Of a stretch of 64,000 nucleotides of DNA, positions 1-10,553 are shown piece after piece; the stretch's first letter is position 1; each line of letters starts with the position of its first letter. Origin of the DNA: a virus (taxonomy: Duplodnaviria > Caudoviricetes). A model generated the notes under the pieces. That model saw only the letters and a program-made list of their open reading frames with translations. It searched no databases and was not told the origin of the DNA. The stretch lies in IMG/VR virus record IMGVR_UViG_3300013426_000017, positions 111,407 through 175,406 of that record. The stretch is one strand, 5' to 3'. The translations under genes and the position numbers were made by a program.

Positions 1-1772
1 ATGCGATTAGTCGATATGATGAGTTAATTGATTTAGCAATCTCATTAGGACATACTTGTATTGCGTTTACTGAACATGACTGTGTATCTAATGCCGTTAA
101 AATTCAAAAATATTATCGCAAGATAAAAGAAAAACATCCCGATTTTAAAGTAATATTAGGTAATGAGATTTATTTATGTCATGATGAGATGGATAAAGAA
201 CATTACAACAAGGGTGAAGATAAATTTTTTCATTTCATTCTATTGGCAAAAGATGCCATAGGCCATCAGCAAATTCGAGAAATTTCAACTCGAGCTTGGA
301 TGCGTTCATGGATGGATGGTAAAATGCGTCGTGTTCCAACTCATTATCAAGATTTGATAGATATTATTGGTAAAAATCCTGGCCATGTAATTGGTAGCAG
401 TGCTTGTCTTGGTGGCTTCTTGCCCACACTAATTCTTAAAGGGAAAGACAATCCTAATATAGATATTACACCAATAATTCATTCTTGGTTTGATAAAATA
501 TTGAGCATTTTTGGAAAAGACAATTTTTATTTTGAATTGCAACCTCCTGCAAAAAAGGATAATGAACAAGATTATGTAAATCAATATCTATATAATCTAT
601 CTAAAGATTATAATATTCCATTCATTATTACTACAGATACTCATTATCCTACAAAAGATGATGCATTTATACATAAAGCGTATTTAAATTCTCAGAATGG
701 TGAACGTGAGGTTGATAGTTTTTATGCAACTACTTATCTTATGGATACAGATGAAATAGAAAAGTATTTTTCAGTATCTAATATAGATGTATCATTAGCA
801 TATCAAACCATTCAAAAAATTGCAGATCAATGCGAAGACTATGATTTAACTCGTTCATTAAAAATTCCTCGTTTACGTTGGAAAAGTGCTCAATTTTCAT
901 ATCTAACATTTGAATCCAAATGGTATGATTTAATTCCAATGATTAAACATTTTATGGATTCAGATTATGATGGAGATAAACTATTAGTTAATTTATTAAT
1001 AGAAAAAATTCGTTCAGATGAACGTCTACAAAATCAAGCGACTTACGATGCTGTTAATACTTGTCTTCAAATGACATGGGAATCATCTGAGATTAATAAC
1101 ACTCATTGGTCAGCGTATTTCCTTAATCTGCAAAAAATTATTGATGTATGTTGGGAAGCCGGAACGTTGGTCGGTCCTGGTCGAGGTTCTGGCGTCGGCT
1201 TTATTTTGCTATACCTATTAGATATTACTCAGATCAACCCGCTATGGGAAACTACACGAACTTTTCCTTGGCGTTTCCTTAATCCTAGTCGTGTTTCTGT
1301 ATTGGACGTTGATGTTGATATCGAAGGGTCTAGACGTGGTGAGGTTTTGAGCAAGCTGCGCCAAGTATATGGACAAGATCGAGTAGCAAATGTTATTACA
1401 TTTGGTAGTGAAAAGAGTAAAAGCGCTATATTGACAGCCGCCAGAGGATTAGGTATTGATAGTGATGAAGCACAATATATTTCATCATTAATACCAGCAG
1501 ACCGTGGACAAATTAGAACATTATCACAATGTTATTATGGTGATAAAGATAATGATTTTAAACCAGTATCCCAATTTATTAGTGCCATGAATAATAATCC
1601 TGAGTTATGGCGCGTAGCACAAAAGATAGAAGGTTTAGTATGCCGCTCAGGTATTCATGCTGGTGGCGTTATCTTTGTAGATGAACCTTTTACCAATACT
1701 ACAGCTTTGATGCGGGCGCCTGACGGCACAATAATCACAGCTTACGATCTTCATGATGCGGAAGACTGTAGT
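1..1772 (+). CDS. dnaE: DNA polymerase III alpha subunit, exon 1 (5'-truncated by window edge)
   Basis: Frame is open from nt 3 (AISRYDELIDLAISLGHTCIAFTEHD, PHP domain). Motifs SSACLGG, TDTHY, GPGRGS, DVDVDIE, GIHAGG. Ends ...DAEDCS at the intron 5' splice site. Confidence 0.95.
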
Positions 1773-2998
1773 TGACGAAATGTTAGGCTACTAAATATCT
1801 AACTGTTTATCAGCAGCGTATTATAGGCAGCATTCTGCGTAAGTAAAAAATACCTATAATGCGTCGGGGAAGCCTAAGTCTATAAAAAGATATGGTAATC
1901 CCGAACCAAAATATTAAAGTAAGTGTTTAATTTATCTATATATGAAAGGTGGTGAAAAGACAATGTATGTTTATAAAATTACAAATAAAATTAATAATAA
2001 AATTTATATAGGAATTACAAATAATATTGAAAAACGTTGGGGAAATGAAAAAAGCTATCCTTCAGACCCAAAAAGACGACAAGTAATCCAAGAAGCGATA
2101 CATAAATATGGAGTAGAAAATTTCAAATTTGAAATATTAGAGCGCAATTTATCTATTGAGCAAGCAGTTGCCAAAGAAATGCATTTAATTCAAGAATTAA
2201 AATCGCTCGTTCCTAATGGATATAATATAGATTCTGGTGGTTATTATCATCCAAAATGTGCCCCTCAATATGGCGCTGATAATGGACACGCTAAATTAAC
2301 TCAAGAAGAAGCGCAATATATTTTAGATCACCGAGACCAACCCATTTATTTATTATATGATGAGTTCAGTGATAAAATTTCATACGAAGCTTTTTTAAAA
2401 ATTTATAATCATAAAACATATACTAATTTAACTACGTCAGTAGATATTTACCCTTATAATCGTGAATTTTCTGGTCAATTTACGAGTGGTCCATTAGATT
2501 ATGATGATATAGTAAAAATCAGAATTAGATATTCAGATGGAGAATATTGGCGCGATGTATATGAAGATTATAAATGGGCCTATGATAATGAGTGGACCTT
2601 TTGGAATGTATACTATGGTAATAGATATAAATTAGTAATGCCTGAAGTTTTTACTAAGGAAAATCGCCATAAACATGCGGGACGTAGCAAATCTGGAACT
2701 TTAAATGGCCGAGCTAAACTTATTGAATCAGATGTTCTTGCAATTCGAGAAAAATGGCAGAATGGCGCCACACGACAAGAATTATATCTTGAATATCCAC
2801 AAGTGTCTACTACTTCAATTTGTGATATTATTAATGGAAAAACCTGGAAACATTTACTTTAATATATGTGTGTATCGACTATCCCCGGTTAGACGGGGAG
2901 TAGAGCATCTATTGATACGATGTTCGAAACGGTATTCTTTTACAAATTATTGTAGAAGTAAGAGATAGTCAGGACATATAGAAATATATGACAAACTG
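1773..2998 (+). mobile_element. Group I intron in dnaE carrying a GIY-YIG homing endonuclease
   Basis: P1 GTAGT/GCTAC with U.G at the splice site. IGS TTAG pairs the 3' exon CTAA (P10). P7 GACTAT (2877)/ATAGTC (2965), terminal G at 2998. Removal restores EDCS-LIKYDLLSIEAL, the DnaE KxDxL motif. Confidence 0.93.
1963..2862 (+). CDS. Intron-encoded GIY-YIG homing endonuclease
   Basis: MYVYKITNKINNKIYIGIT...LVPNGYN. C-terminal repeated N..AKL...IR DNA-binding-type units. RBS AAAGGTGG precedes ATG 1963 (the track starts at 1942). Confidence 0.9.
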   Translation: MYVYKITNKINNKIYIGITNNIEKRWGNEKSYPSDPKRRQVIQEAIHKYGVENFKFEILERNLSIEQAVAKEMHLIQELKSLVPNGYNIDSGGYYHPKCAPQYGADNGHAKLTQEEAQYILDHRDQPIYLLYDEFSDKISYEAFLKIYNHKTYTNLTTSVDIYPYNREFSGQFTSGPLDYDDIVKIRIRYSDGEYWRDVYEDYKWAYDNEWTFWNVYYGNRYKLVMPEVFTKENRHKHAGRSKSGTLNGRAKLIESDVLAIREKWQNGATRQELYLEYPQVSTTSICDIINGKTWKHLL

Positions 2999-5086
2999 CT
3001 AATTAAGTACGATTTATTGAGCATTGAAGCGCTAGATAAAATGCATATTTGTCTAGATCTGTTACATGATTATAATTTGATACCAGATGGTACAATTAAA
3101 GAGCGATATGATAAAATTTTAAATATTTATACCATTAATCGTACCGATCAGAACATGTGGCATAAAGTATGGAATCATGAAATATTATCATTATTTCAGA
3201 TGGAGAAGCAGAGCGGTATTAAAGGTATCGCCACATTAAAGCCTACGTCAGTTGATGATTTATCAGTTTTAAATTCTACTATTCGACTTATGGCGCAAGA
3301 AGGCGTTGATGAAATGCCAACTGATAAATTAGCAAGATTTAAAGCTGACCCAAAAGCTTGGGATAGAGAATTAGCACAATGGGGTCTTGGCACCTTGGAA
3401 AAATCTATTCTTGAACCAATCCTGAAATCATCTTATGGTCTATGTATTACACAAGAGCAGTTCATGGAACTGGTTCAATTACCTGAACTAGGCGGCTTCT
3501 CATTAACCTGGGCAGACAAATTACGTAAATCAATCGCGAAGAAAAATCCAGCAGCATTTGATGCATTAACCGAAGAATTTTATGCTACCACAAAAGAAAA
3601 ACATATAAAAGAAAATTTCGCAAAATATGTGTGGCAAGTCCTAATTAGTATGTCGAAGGGATATGGATTTAATGCTTCTCATACGCTAGCCTATTCGCTC
3701 ATTGCGCTACAGGAAATGAATCTTGCAACAAGATTCCCAATTATTTATTGGAATTGTGCTTGTTTAATTAATGATAGTGGTACCGGTATAGATGATAATG
3801 ATGCATGCATTGATTATGATGAACTCGAAAATGAAAAGGATAAAGCAAATACTGATTACGAAAAACTAGCTCGTGGAATCGGCAAAATGAAAGACTTTGG
3901 AGTCCAAGTTAATTTGGTCGATATTAATAAATCTGGATTTACATTTGTTCCTGATGCTGAAACAAATACCATCTATTGCGGTTTGAAAAGTATGCTCAAT
4001 ATTAATGATGATATTGTAAATCAAATCATTGAGAATCGTCCTTATTCATCGCCTAAAGATTTCTACCAAAAGGTAAAGCCAAAGCGCCAAGCAATGATTT
4101 CATTAATCAAAGGTGGCGCATTTGATTCCATGATGGAACGTAGCGATTGTATGATTTGGTATATTTGGGAAACCTGTGATAGGAAAAGTCGTATTACATT
4201 GCAGAATATGCCAAGTTTAATTAAATATGATTTGCTACCAAAAGATACAGAAGAACGTAAAACTGCATTTCGAGTTTATGAATTTACAAAGTATTTAAAA
4301 GCGACATGTAAGAACAAGGCAAAGCCTGGTTATTATATTCTAGATACTAGAGCAATTAATTTTCTTGTTGAAATAAAATGCGATGATAAAATTGAAATGA
4401 AAGAGCAAGAGCTTGTATTAGACGAAAAAGTCTGGGATAAAATTTACCAAAAATGGATGGATGTTTATCGAGCTTGGATTAAGAGTAATCATGACCAAAT
4501 CTTGCAAGATTTAAACACTATTATATTCTATGAAGATTGGAAGAAGTACATTAAGAAGAATAATTATTCTGCTTGGGAAATGGAAGTGCTGTGTTTCTAT
4601 TATCATGCCCATGAATTACAAGATGCTAATGTGGCGAAGTATGGAATAAAAGATTTTTATAAATTACCAAAAAACCCGATAATTGAATATTCGTATCCAA
4701 TTAAAGATAGAATAATTAATATTTACCAATTAACCAAAATTTGCGGCACTTGTATTGCCAAGAATAAAAATAAATCTACTATATCATTACTTACGCCTAG
4801 CGGTGTTGTAGAAGTAAAATTTGCAAGAGATTTTTTCTCAATGTATGATAAGCAAATATCTCAGCGCCAAGAGGATGGAAAAAAGAAAATCATAGAGCGT
4901 AGTTTTTTCCAGCGCGGTAGCATGCTCATGATTACCGGTATACGTAGTGATGATATGTTTATTTGTAAGAAATATAAAAACACCCCTGGACACAGATTGT
5001 ATAAAATAGAAGAAGTGGCGCCAGATGGTGATTTAATATTAAGAAGTGAAAGATACAAAGGAGAAATGGAAGAAGATGGCATATAA
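2999..5086 (+). CDS. dnaE: DNA polymerase III alpha subunit, exon 2
   Basis: LFQME, CITQEQFM, ADKLRKSIAKK, YGFNASHTLAYS, DINKS, LIKGGAFD and a C-terminal OB-fold-like region. Confidence 0.95.
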   Translation, partial: LIKYDLLSIEALDKMHICLDLLHDYNLIPDGTIKERYDKILNIYTINRTDQNMWHKVWNHEILSLFQMEKQSGIKGIATLKPTSVDDLSVLNSTIRLMAQEGVDEMPTDKLARFKADPKAWDRELAQWGLGTLEKSILEPILKSSYGLCITQEQFMELVQLPELGGFSLTWADKLRKSIAKKNPAAFDALTEEFYATTKEKHIKENFAKYVWQVLISMSKGYGFNASHTLAYSLIALQEMNLATRFPIIYWNCACLINDSGTGIDDNDACIDYDELENEKDKANTDYEKLARGIGKMKDFGVQVNLVDINKSGFTFVPDAETNTIYCGLKSMLNINDDIVNQIIENRPYSSPKDFYQKVKPKRQAMISLIKGGAFDSMMERSDCMIWYIWETCDRKSRITLQNMPSLIKYDLLPKDTEERKTAFRVYEFTKYLKATCKNKAKPGYYILDTRAINFLVEIKCDDKIEMKEQELVLDEKVWDKIYQKWMDVYRAWIKSNHDQILQDLNTIIFYEDWKKYIKKNNYSAWEMEVLCFYYHAHELQDANVAKYGIKDFYKLPKNPIIEYSYPIKDRIINIYQLTKICGTCIAKNKNKSTISLLTPSGVVEVKFARDFFSMYDKQISQRQEDGKKKIIERSFFQRGSMLMITGIRSDDMFICKKYKNTPGHRLYKIEEVAPDGDLILRSERYKGEMEEDGI

Positions 5087-5687
5087 AATCTTGGCACTCA
5101 TGGGTGCTGCTGGTGTGGGCAAAAGCGCCGTGCTTCATGCACTCATGACCCAGGCGCCTCGCTTCCATGAAATTATTAGCTGCACTACTCGCCCTCCTAG
5201 AGAGGGTGAAGTAGATGGTATTAACTATCATTTTTTATCACATGATGATTTTGCTGAACAAATTAATCAAGGAAAAATGATGGAAGTGGCAATATTTCGT
5301 GGTTGGTGTTATGGCACCTCATTTGATAATTTGGCGCCAGATAATATAAATGTCGGCGTATTTAATCCGTCAGGTATTGCAATGCTAATGGATGATAGTA
5401 ATATAGATCTGTTTCCTGTTTGGATTCAGGCATCTGATAAAACTCGGCTATTACGCCAGTTGAATCGAGAGCACAATCCCGATGTAAAAGAAATCATTCG
5501 TCGATATTCTACTGATGAAGAAGATTTTAGCGATATAATAATAAAAGATGATCTAGGGTATAAAGCCTATTATGAATCATACCCTATTGCAATTATTAAC
5601 AATGAAAATCGCACACCAGAAGAAACAGCAATAGAAATTCTAAATCTTGTATCCGCTTGGACAAAATCAGATAATTTATCTATTTAA
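5076..5687 (+). CDS. gmk: Guanylate kinase
   Basis: P-loop GAAGVGKS, SCTTRPPREGEVDGINYHF, YGTS. ATG at 5076 overlaps the dnaE end. Confidence 0.92.
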   Translation: MAYKILALMGAAGVGKSAVLHALMTQAPRFHEIISCTTRPPREGEVDGINYHFLSHDDFAEQINQGKMMEVAIFRGWCYGTSFDNLAPDNINVGVFNPSGIAMLMDDSNIDLFPVWIQASDKTRLLRQLNREHNPDVKEIIRRYSTDEEDFSDIIIKDDLGYKAYYESYPIAIINNENRTPEETAIEILNLVSAWTKSDNLSI

Positions 5688-5702
5688 AAACCTATATATA
5701 GT
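5659..5702 (+). promoter_or_regulatory. Putative promoter with shared upstream motif (nrdD operon)
   Basis: GGACAA-N5-GATAAT-N21-TATAGT, one of nine similar copies. Confidence 0.55.
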
Positions 5703-5737
5703 GATATGAAATTTTAGAATAGAAAGGAGATAATTTT

Positions 5738-8700
5738 ATGACAGTTGAAAAACGAGATGGTTCATTAGTGCCATTTAGTAGTGATAAAATTATTAAAGCA
5801 ATTGAAAAAGCATTTCTTGAAGTAGATGGTGAAATCTATGAACATGACACAGCTAAGGATATTGCATACGAAATTGGTAAAGAATTAATGAATCAATTAT
5901 CGCCCATGTCTGTTGAAGATATACAAGATCGAGTAGAAGATTACTTGATGCGCTCTGAGAGACGAGATGTGGCGCGAGCCTATATTCGTTATAGATATAA
6001 AAAAGAAATGCTACGACAATCTAATACTACTGACCAGTCTATTAAGGAACTGCTGGATGGTAATAGCGATTATTGGAATAATGAAAATTCAAATAAAAAC
6101 GCAAAACGCACTACCGTTCAACGTGATTACATGGCTGGTATTGTAAGCACTGATATTACCCGTAGATTTCTATTAGATCAAGATATAGTAGATGCACATG
6201 ATGCAGGCATAATCCATTTCCACGATGCAGATTATTTCGCACAAAATGCAATTCATAACTGTTTTTCAAGAAATACTAAATTTATTACTAAAAAGGGCAT
6301 GTGCTCTTTTAATGATTTTAAAGATGGAGATACTATTGAAGTTCTGTCAATTGATGGGAAGTATCATAAAGCAAAAGTAAGACAATATGGCCTACAAACA
6401 CTTTATAAATATACTTTTTACAATGGGAAAAAAGAATATACCCATGATGTAATAGCAACAGAAAATCATCGGTGGATTCTAAAAGATGGAAAAGAAACAA
6501 CTTCTTTAAAAGAAGGAGATAAATTATGTAAAGCTCCCGCTATCTACTCACAAGAATTAGACTGGGACAAATTAACAGAAAATGAAAAGATGATGTGGTG
6601 TAAAGGCTTTGGAATGGGTGACGGAACTAAAGAATATAATACCAATTCTACTAAAATCCGGTTGTGCGGAGAAAAAGATTTACAATTTATAAAGCGTTTT
6701 TCTATACCAGGATGCAGTATTAGAAATACTTATTTTACTAATGGCGATAAAGAAGTCGTGATTTATAATTATAAAAAAACCATACCAGAATTTAATTCAA
6801 TTAAAGAATTACAATGCTTTATTAATGGCTTATATTGTGCCGACGGACGAAAGAAAAAAATGGCAAATGGTAAATATAATTTTGGCTTACAATCTTCTTC
6901 TTTAGAAATAATTGAATTTTTAAGAAAAATGGCTGGAACGGCTGGTTTATATATTACTAGAGAAAATGATCGCACTGGTGAGATAACTAATTTTACCTCA
7001 AAAGAAGGACGTCCTTACACAATTCTTTTTTCTTTTAATAATGATTTTTATTTTAATTATACCGTTTTGAAAAAAGAATATTATGGAGAAGATATTGTTT
7101 GGTGCCTTGAAGTTGAGGATACACACAATTTTATTCTTGAATATGGAATACCAACTGGAAACTGCGAATTAATTAATCTTGAAGATATGTTGCAGAATGG
7201 AACAGTTGTTAATGGCGTAATGATTGAAAAGCCTCATAGATTATTAACAGCAACAACTATAGCTACTCAAATTATTGCAGCTGTGACATCCTCATCCTAT
7301 GGCGGCGCCACAATTTCATTGACTCATCTTGCCCCATTTGTTCGAGATAGTTATTATTATTATTGCCAAAAATATAATAAACGTGGCTGTTCAGCAGTCG
7401 ATAGTTTAAAGTTCGCAAAAGAAGACTTGGCTAAAGAAATTTCTGACTCTGTGCAAACATTTAATTATCAAACCAATTCAATGACTAACACTAATGGTCA
7501 AGCGCCCTTTCTCTCAGTATTTATGTATCTCAATGAAACAGATGAATACAAAGACGAATTAGCTATGTTAATTGAAGAATTTTTGAAACAGCGAATTCAA
7601 GGATTTAAAAATGAAAAAGGCGTATATATTACACCAGCATTTCCTAAACTCCTCTATGTTCTTGAAGAAGATAACATCACATCTGATAGCAAGTATTGGT
7701 ATTTAACAGAATTAGCAGCCAAATGCACGGCTAAGCGTTTGGTGCCTGATTATATATCTGAAAAGATAATGAAACAACTCAAGGGTGGTGATGTATATCC
7801 ATGCATGGGTTGTAGAAGTTTTCTCACACCTGACCCTGTCGAGCATAAATACTATGGACGGTTGACTGCTTAGGGTTAAGCCGTCGTTAAATCGCGTGAA
7901 CATATGAAAAAATGGTGTGGGCAATATGCCTGCTAACGGTGAAACCCAAGGGCAATACCGTGCCAAGTCTTATTATAATTACTAAAATAAAGGAGTTTTT
8001 ATAATGAAAACTATATTTTTACAAAATAAAACATTTAAACAATTTAAAAAAACTAAATATTATTGTGATGATAATGGTACTATTTATTCCGATTACTCAC
8101 ATAAAATATTAAAACCTATGACTAAAGGTAAAGAAAAGCCTTATTATTATATTGATATAAATTTTGGTGAAGGACAAAAGCACTATCCTATTCATAAAAT
8201 TGTTTATGAAACATGGATTGGCCCAGTAGAAAATGGATTAAGTGTTTTACACAAAGATGATAATAGTTTAAATAATAATATAAATAATTTATATTTAGGA
8301 ACTCAAAAAGAAAATATTCAAGATTGTATTGAAAATAATCATAGAGTAGGAAATATTTGGATTTTAACAATTTTTGACAAAGAAAAAAAAGAAACTATTA
8401 CATTTTGTCCAGCTAAAAAATTTATTGAATATAGTGGCCACTCCAATAAAAGTGGATGTTTAAATAAGTTTTTCAATAAAAATTGGTTTAAGCAAAGATA
8501 TAAAATTATTGATTATTATAGATGTAAAAATTTAGTTGAAAAGAAAGGTGTAACGACTATGGATGATGAATGTAATCCAGTAGGGCAGAATTTATCACTG
8601 CTCGAAGCGCGCGACACTTGTTTAAATATAAGTGAAGAGATAGTCTAATTTTGTTAACCAAGGCGTAGTCACAATTAATTTGGCTGATGTAGCATTTAGC

Positions 8701-10553
8701 TCTCATGGTGATATGAATGAGTTTTGGCGTATTTATGATGAACGATTAGAATTATGCCATCGTGCATTGCAAGCACGTCATGATCGTTTATCTCACGCAA
8801 TAGCTGATGTATCTCCTATCCTGTGGCGTTATGGTGCTCTAGCTCGCTTACCTCAAGGCTCCAGCATACACGAATTACTACATCATAATTATTCTACCCT
8901 CTCTCTTGGCTATGCTGCATTATATGAATGCGTTAAATATATGACGGGTGAAAGTCACACTAAAGGTGGCAAAAAGTTTGGCCTAGCCGTTATGCAACAT
9001 TTGAATGATGTCTGTGCCAAATGGCGACAAGAAGAAGACATTAGCTATAGTGTTTATGGAACACCAATAGAGTCAACAACCTATAAATTTGCTAAATGCT
9101 TGAAAAAGCGTTTTGGTGATGATATTTTTATTAAGCTAGATGGAAAAGATAGAAGCTACATAACCAATAGTTACCATGTCCCAGTATTTGAAGAAATAGA
9201 TGCATTTACAAAACTTGCATTAGAGTCTGAATTTCAAGAGTTAAGTCCAGGTGGTTAAATTTCAATATAACTTAAAATAGCCACCTTGAAACTGTGTGAA
9301 CGTAAGAAAAAACGGTGTTTAGATTATATAAATCTAAGCTAACGGGGGACACTTAATTGGAAATCCCGTGCCAAGCTTTATTATTTTATTTAATAAAGAA
9401 GGTGTACAGACTAATTGTACTGATGATTTTATCACATCAGGAAGCGCACAGCTAATGAAGCGGAGGTATCCCGCTATTAGAAGATATAGTCGAAAGGAAA
9501 AAATATGTATAATTGTGAAATTTGTGGAAGAACAGTAAATAAAAAAATCCGTTTAGGCGGATACACTTTATGCTCGAAGCATATGCATCAGCTATACTCT
9601 CATGGAAAATTCTTAGATAATTGTCCTAGAACCCAAAATGATTTAAATGAATATAGAATAGAATCGGACGTTGTTTATGGCGGACTATATGATGGTGTCA
9701 CCTCAGAAAAAATTGATGAATTTATAATTGACTCTGAAGATTTACCAAAAGTGAAATATCATAAATGGAGATTTAGCCATGGACACATAGTAACAGGTTT
9801 ACCCGCACAAAAGACCCAGCGAGAATTAAGTTGGGTTGTTTTGGGGCTTGATAATCGTGTTGAGAAAGATATTGTTATAGACCATATAAACTGTAACCCC
9901 AAAGACAATCGCAAACAAAATTTAAGAATTTGTACACAAAGTGAAAACACTCGAAACAAATCTTTTATGAGTAATAACACCTCTAATTTTATCGGAGTAT
10001 CATACCGAAAAGATAGAGATAGATACGATCCTGAAATTAGAAAAAGCTCTATTCGTTGTCATTTAGGATATACCAAAACACTTGAAGAGGCAGTTTATAA
10101 AAGATATTATGCAGAGCAACTTGTTTTCGGAGAATTTGCAAATCAAGCCGAACAGGATAAAAAACAAAAATTTACCGAAAATCTTCCAATAGAAACTAAA
10201 GAGCAATTACAAACTATTGTTAAAGAAAAATTACAAGCAAAAAACCTTTGGCAATAAGTTATATTGAGACTTCTAACTTACAAAATAATATCGAGGCAGT
10301 AGAAGAAGTTATGAAATTTATTTATGACCATATCATGTATGCTGAGCTCAATACCAAAAGCGATTATTGTCAAGAGTGTGGATATGATGGCGAAATTCTA
10401 ATTGATAATAATATGGAATGGTATTGCCCCAATTGCGGAAATAGAAACCATGAAACCTTGAATGTGGCGCGACGCACCTGTGGCTACATCGGTTCTCAAT
10501 TCTGGAACTATGGTCGCACAGAAGAAATAAAAGATAGGGTTCTTCATTTATGA
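5738..10553 (+). CDS. nrdD: Anaerobic ribonucleoside-triphosphate reductase; join(5738..7862,8654..9255,10251..10553), 1009 aa precursor, 708 aa after intein removal
   Basis: ATP cone (VEKRDG), IHFHDADY, HN-CELINL, GQAPF, FPKL, MGCRS, YGR-FNQGVVTINL, YITNSYH, PGG-AISY, CxxC..CxxC and the glycyl-radical motif RRTCGYIG. Confidence 0.95.
6260..7162 (+). mobile_element. Intein (301 aa) with LAGLIDADG endonuclease domain in NrdD
   Basis: Starts CFSRNTKFIT. Block B ATENHRW, LAGLIDADG-like KGFGMGDG and FINGLYCADG. Ends VWCLEVEDTHNFILEYGIPTGN followed by +1 Cys. Confidence 0.92.
7863..8653 (+). mobile_element. Group I intron 1 in nrdD with HNH endonuclease
   Basis: P1 GACGGT/GCCGTC. IGS GGTTAA pairs the 3' exon TTAACC. 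P7 GACTAT (8555)/ATAGTC (8640), terminal G 8653. Splicing restores YYGR-F-NQGVV. Confidence 0.92.
8004..8648 (+). CDS. Intron-encoded HNH homing endonuclease
   Basis: IHKIVYETW..VLHKDDNSLNNNINNLYLGTQKEN (HNH_3-type). Confidence 0.88.
   Translation: MKTIFLQNKTFKQFKKTKYYCDDNGTIYSDYSHKILKPMTKGKEKPYYYIDINFGEGQKHYPIHKIVYETWIGPVENGLSVLHKDDNSLNNNINNLYLGTQKENIQDCIENNHRVGNIWILTIFDKEKKETITFCPAKKFIEYSGHSNKSGCLNKFFNKNWFKQRYKIIDYYRCKNLVEKKGVTTMDDECNPVGQNLSLLEARDTCLNISEEIV
9256..10250 (+). mobile_element. Group I intron 2 in nrdD with HNH-AP2 endonuclease
   Basis: P1 AGGTGGT/GCCACCT. P7 GACTA (9409)/TAGTC (9487) within AAGATATAGTC, terminal G 10250. Splicing restores ELSPGG-AISYIE. Confidence 0.92.
9505..10257 (+). 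CDS. Intron-encoded HNH endonuclease with AP2-like C-terminal domain
   Basis: IDHINCNPKDNRKQNLRICTQSEN, then NTSNFIGVSY..HLGY..LEEA (AP2-like). N-terminal CxxC..CxxH. Confidence 0.88.
   Translation: MYNCEICGRTVNKKIRLGGYTLCSKHMHQLYSHGKFLDNCPRTQNDLNEYRIESDVVYGGLYDGVTSEKIDEFIIDSEDLPKVKYHKWRFSHGHIVTGLPAQKTQRELSWVVLGLDNRVEKDIVIDHINCNPKDNRKQNLRICTQSENTRNKSFMSNNTSNFIGVSYRKDRDRYDPEIRKSSIRCHLGYTKTLEEAVYKRYYAEQLVFGEFANQAEQDKKQKFTENLPIETKEQLQTIVKEKLQAKNLWQ

Noticed and set aside
1900-1945. Possible tenth copy of the promoter motif upstream of the GIY-YIG HEG
   Set aside because: GAACCA/ATTAAA spacing and distance to a -10 do not match the other copies.
2705-2968. 87-aa ORF overlapping the GIY-YIG gene end
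   Set aside because: Alternative frame across the intron core. No RBS or motif.
7863-7873. TAG at 7871-7873 as a genuine TAG stop for nrdD
   Set aside because: It lies inside the intron, after the 5' splice site, so it says nothing about the code.
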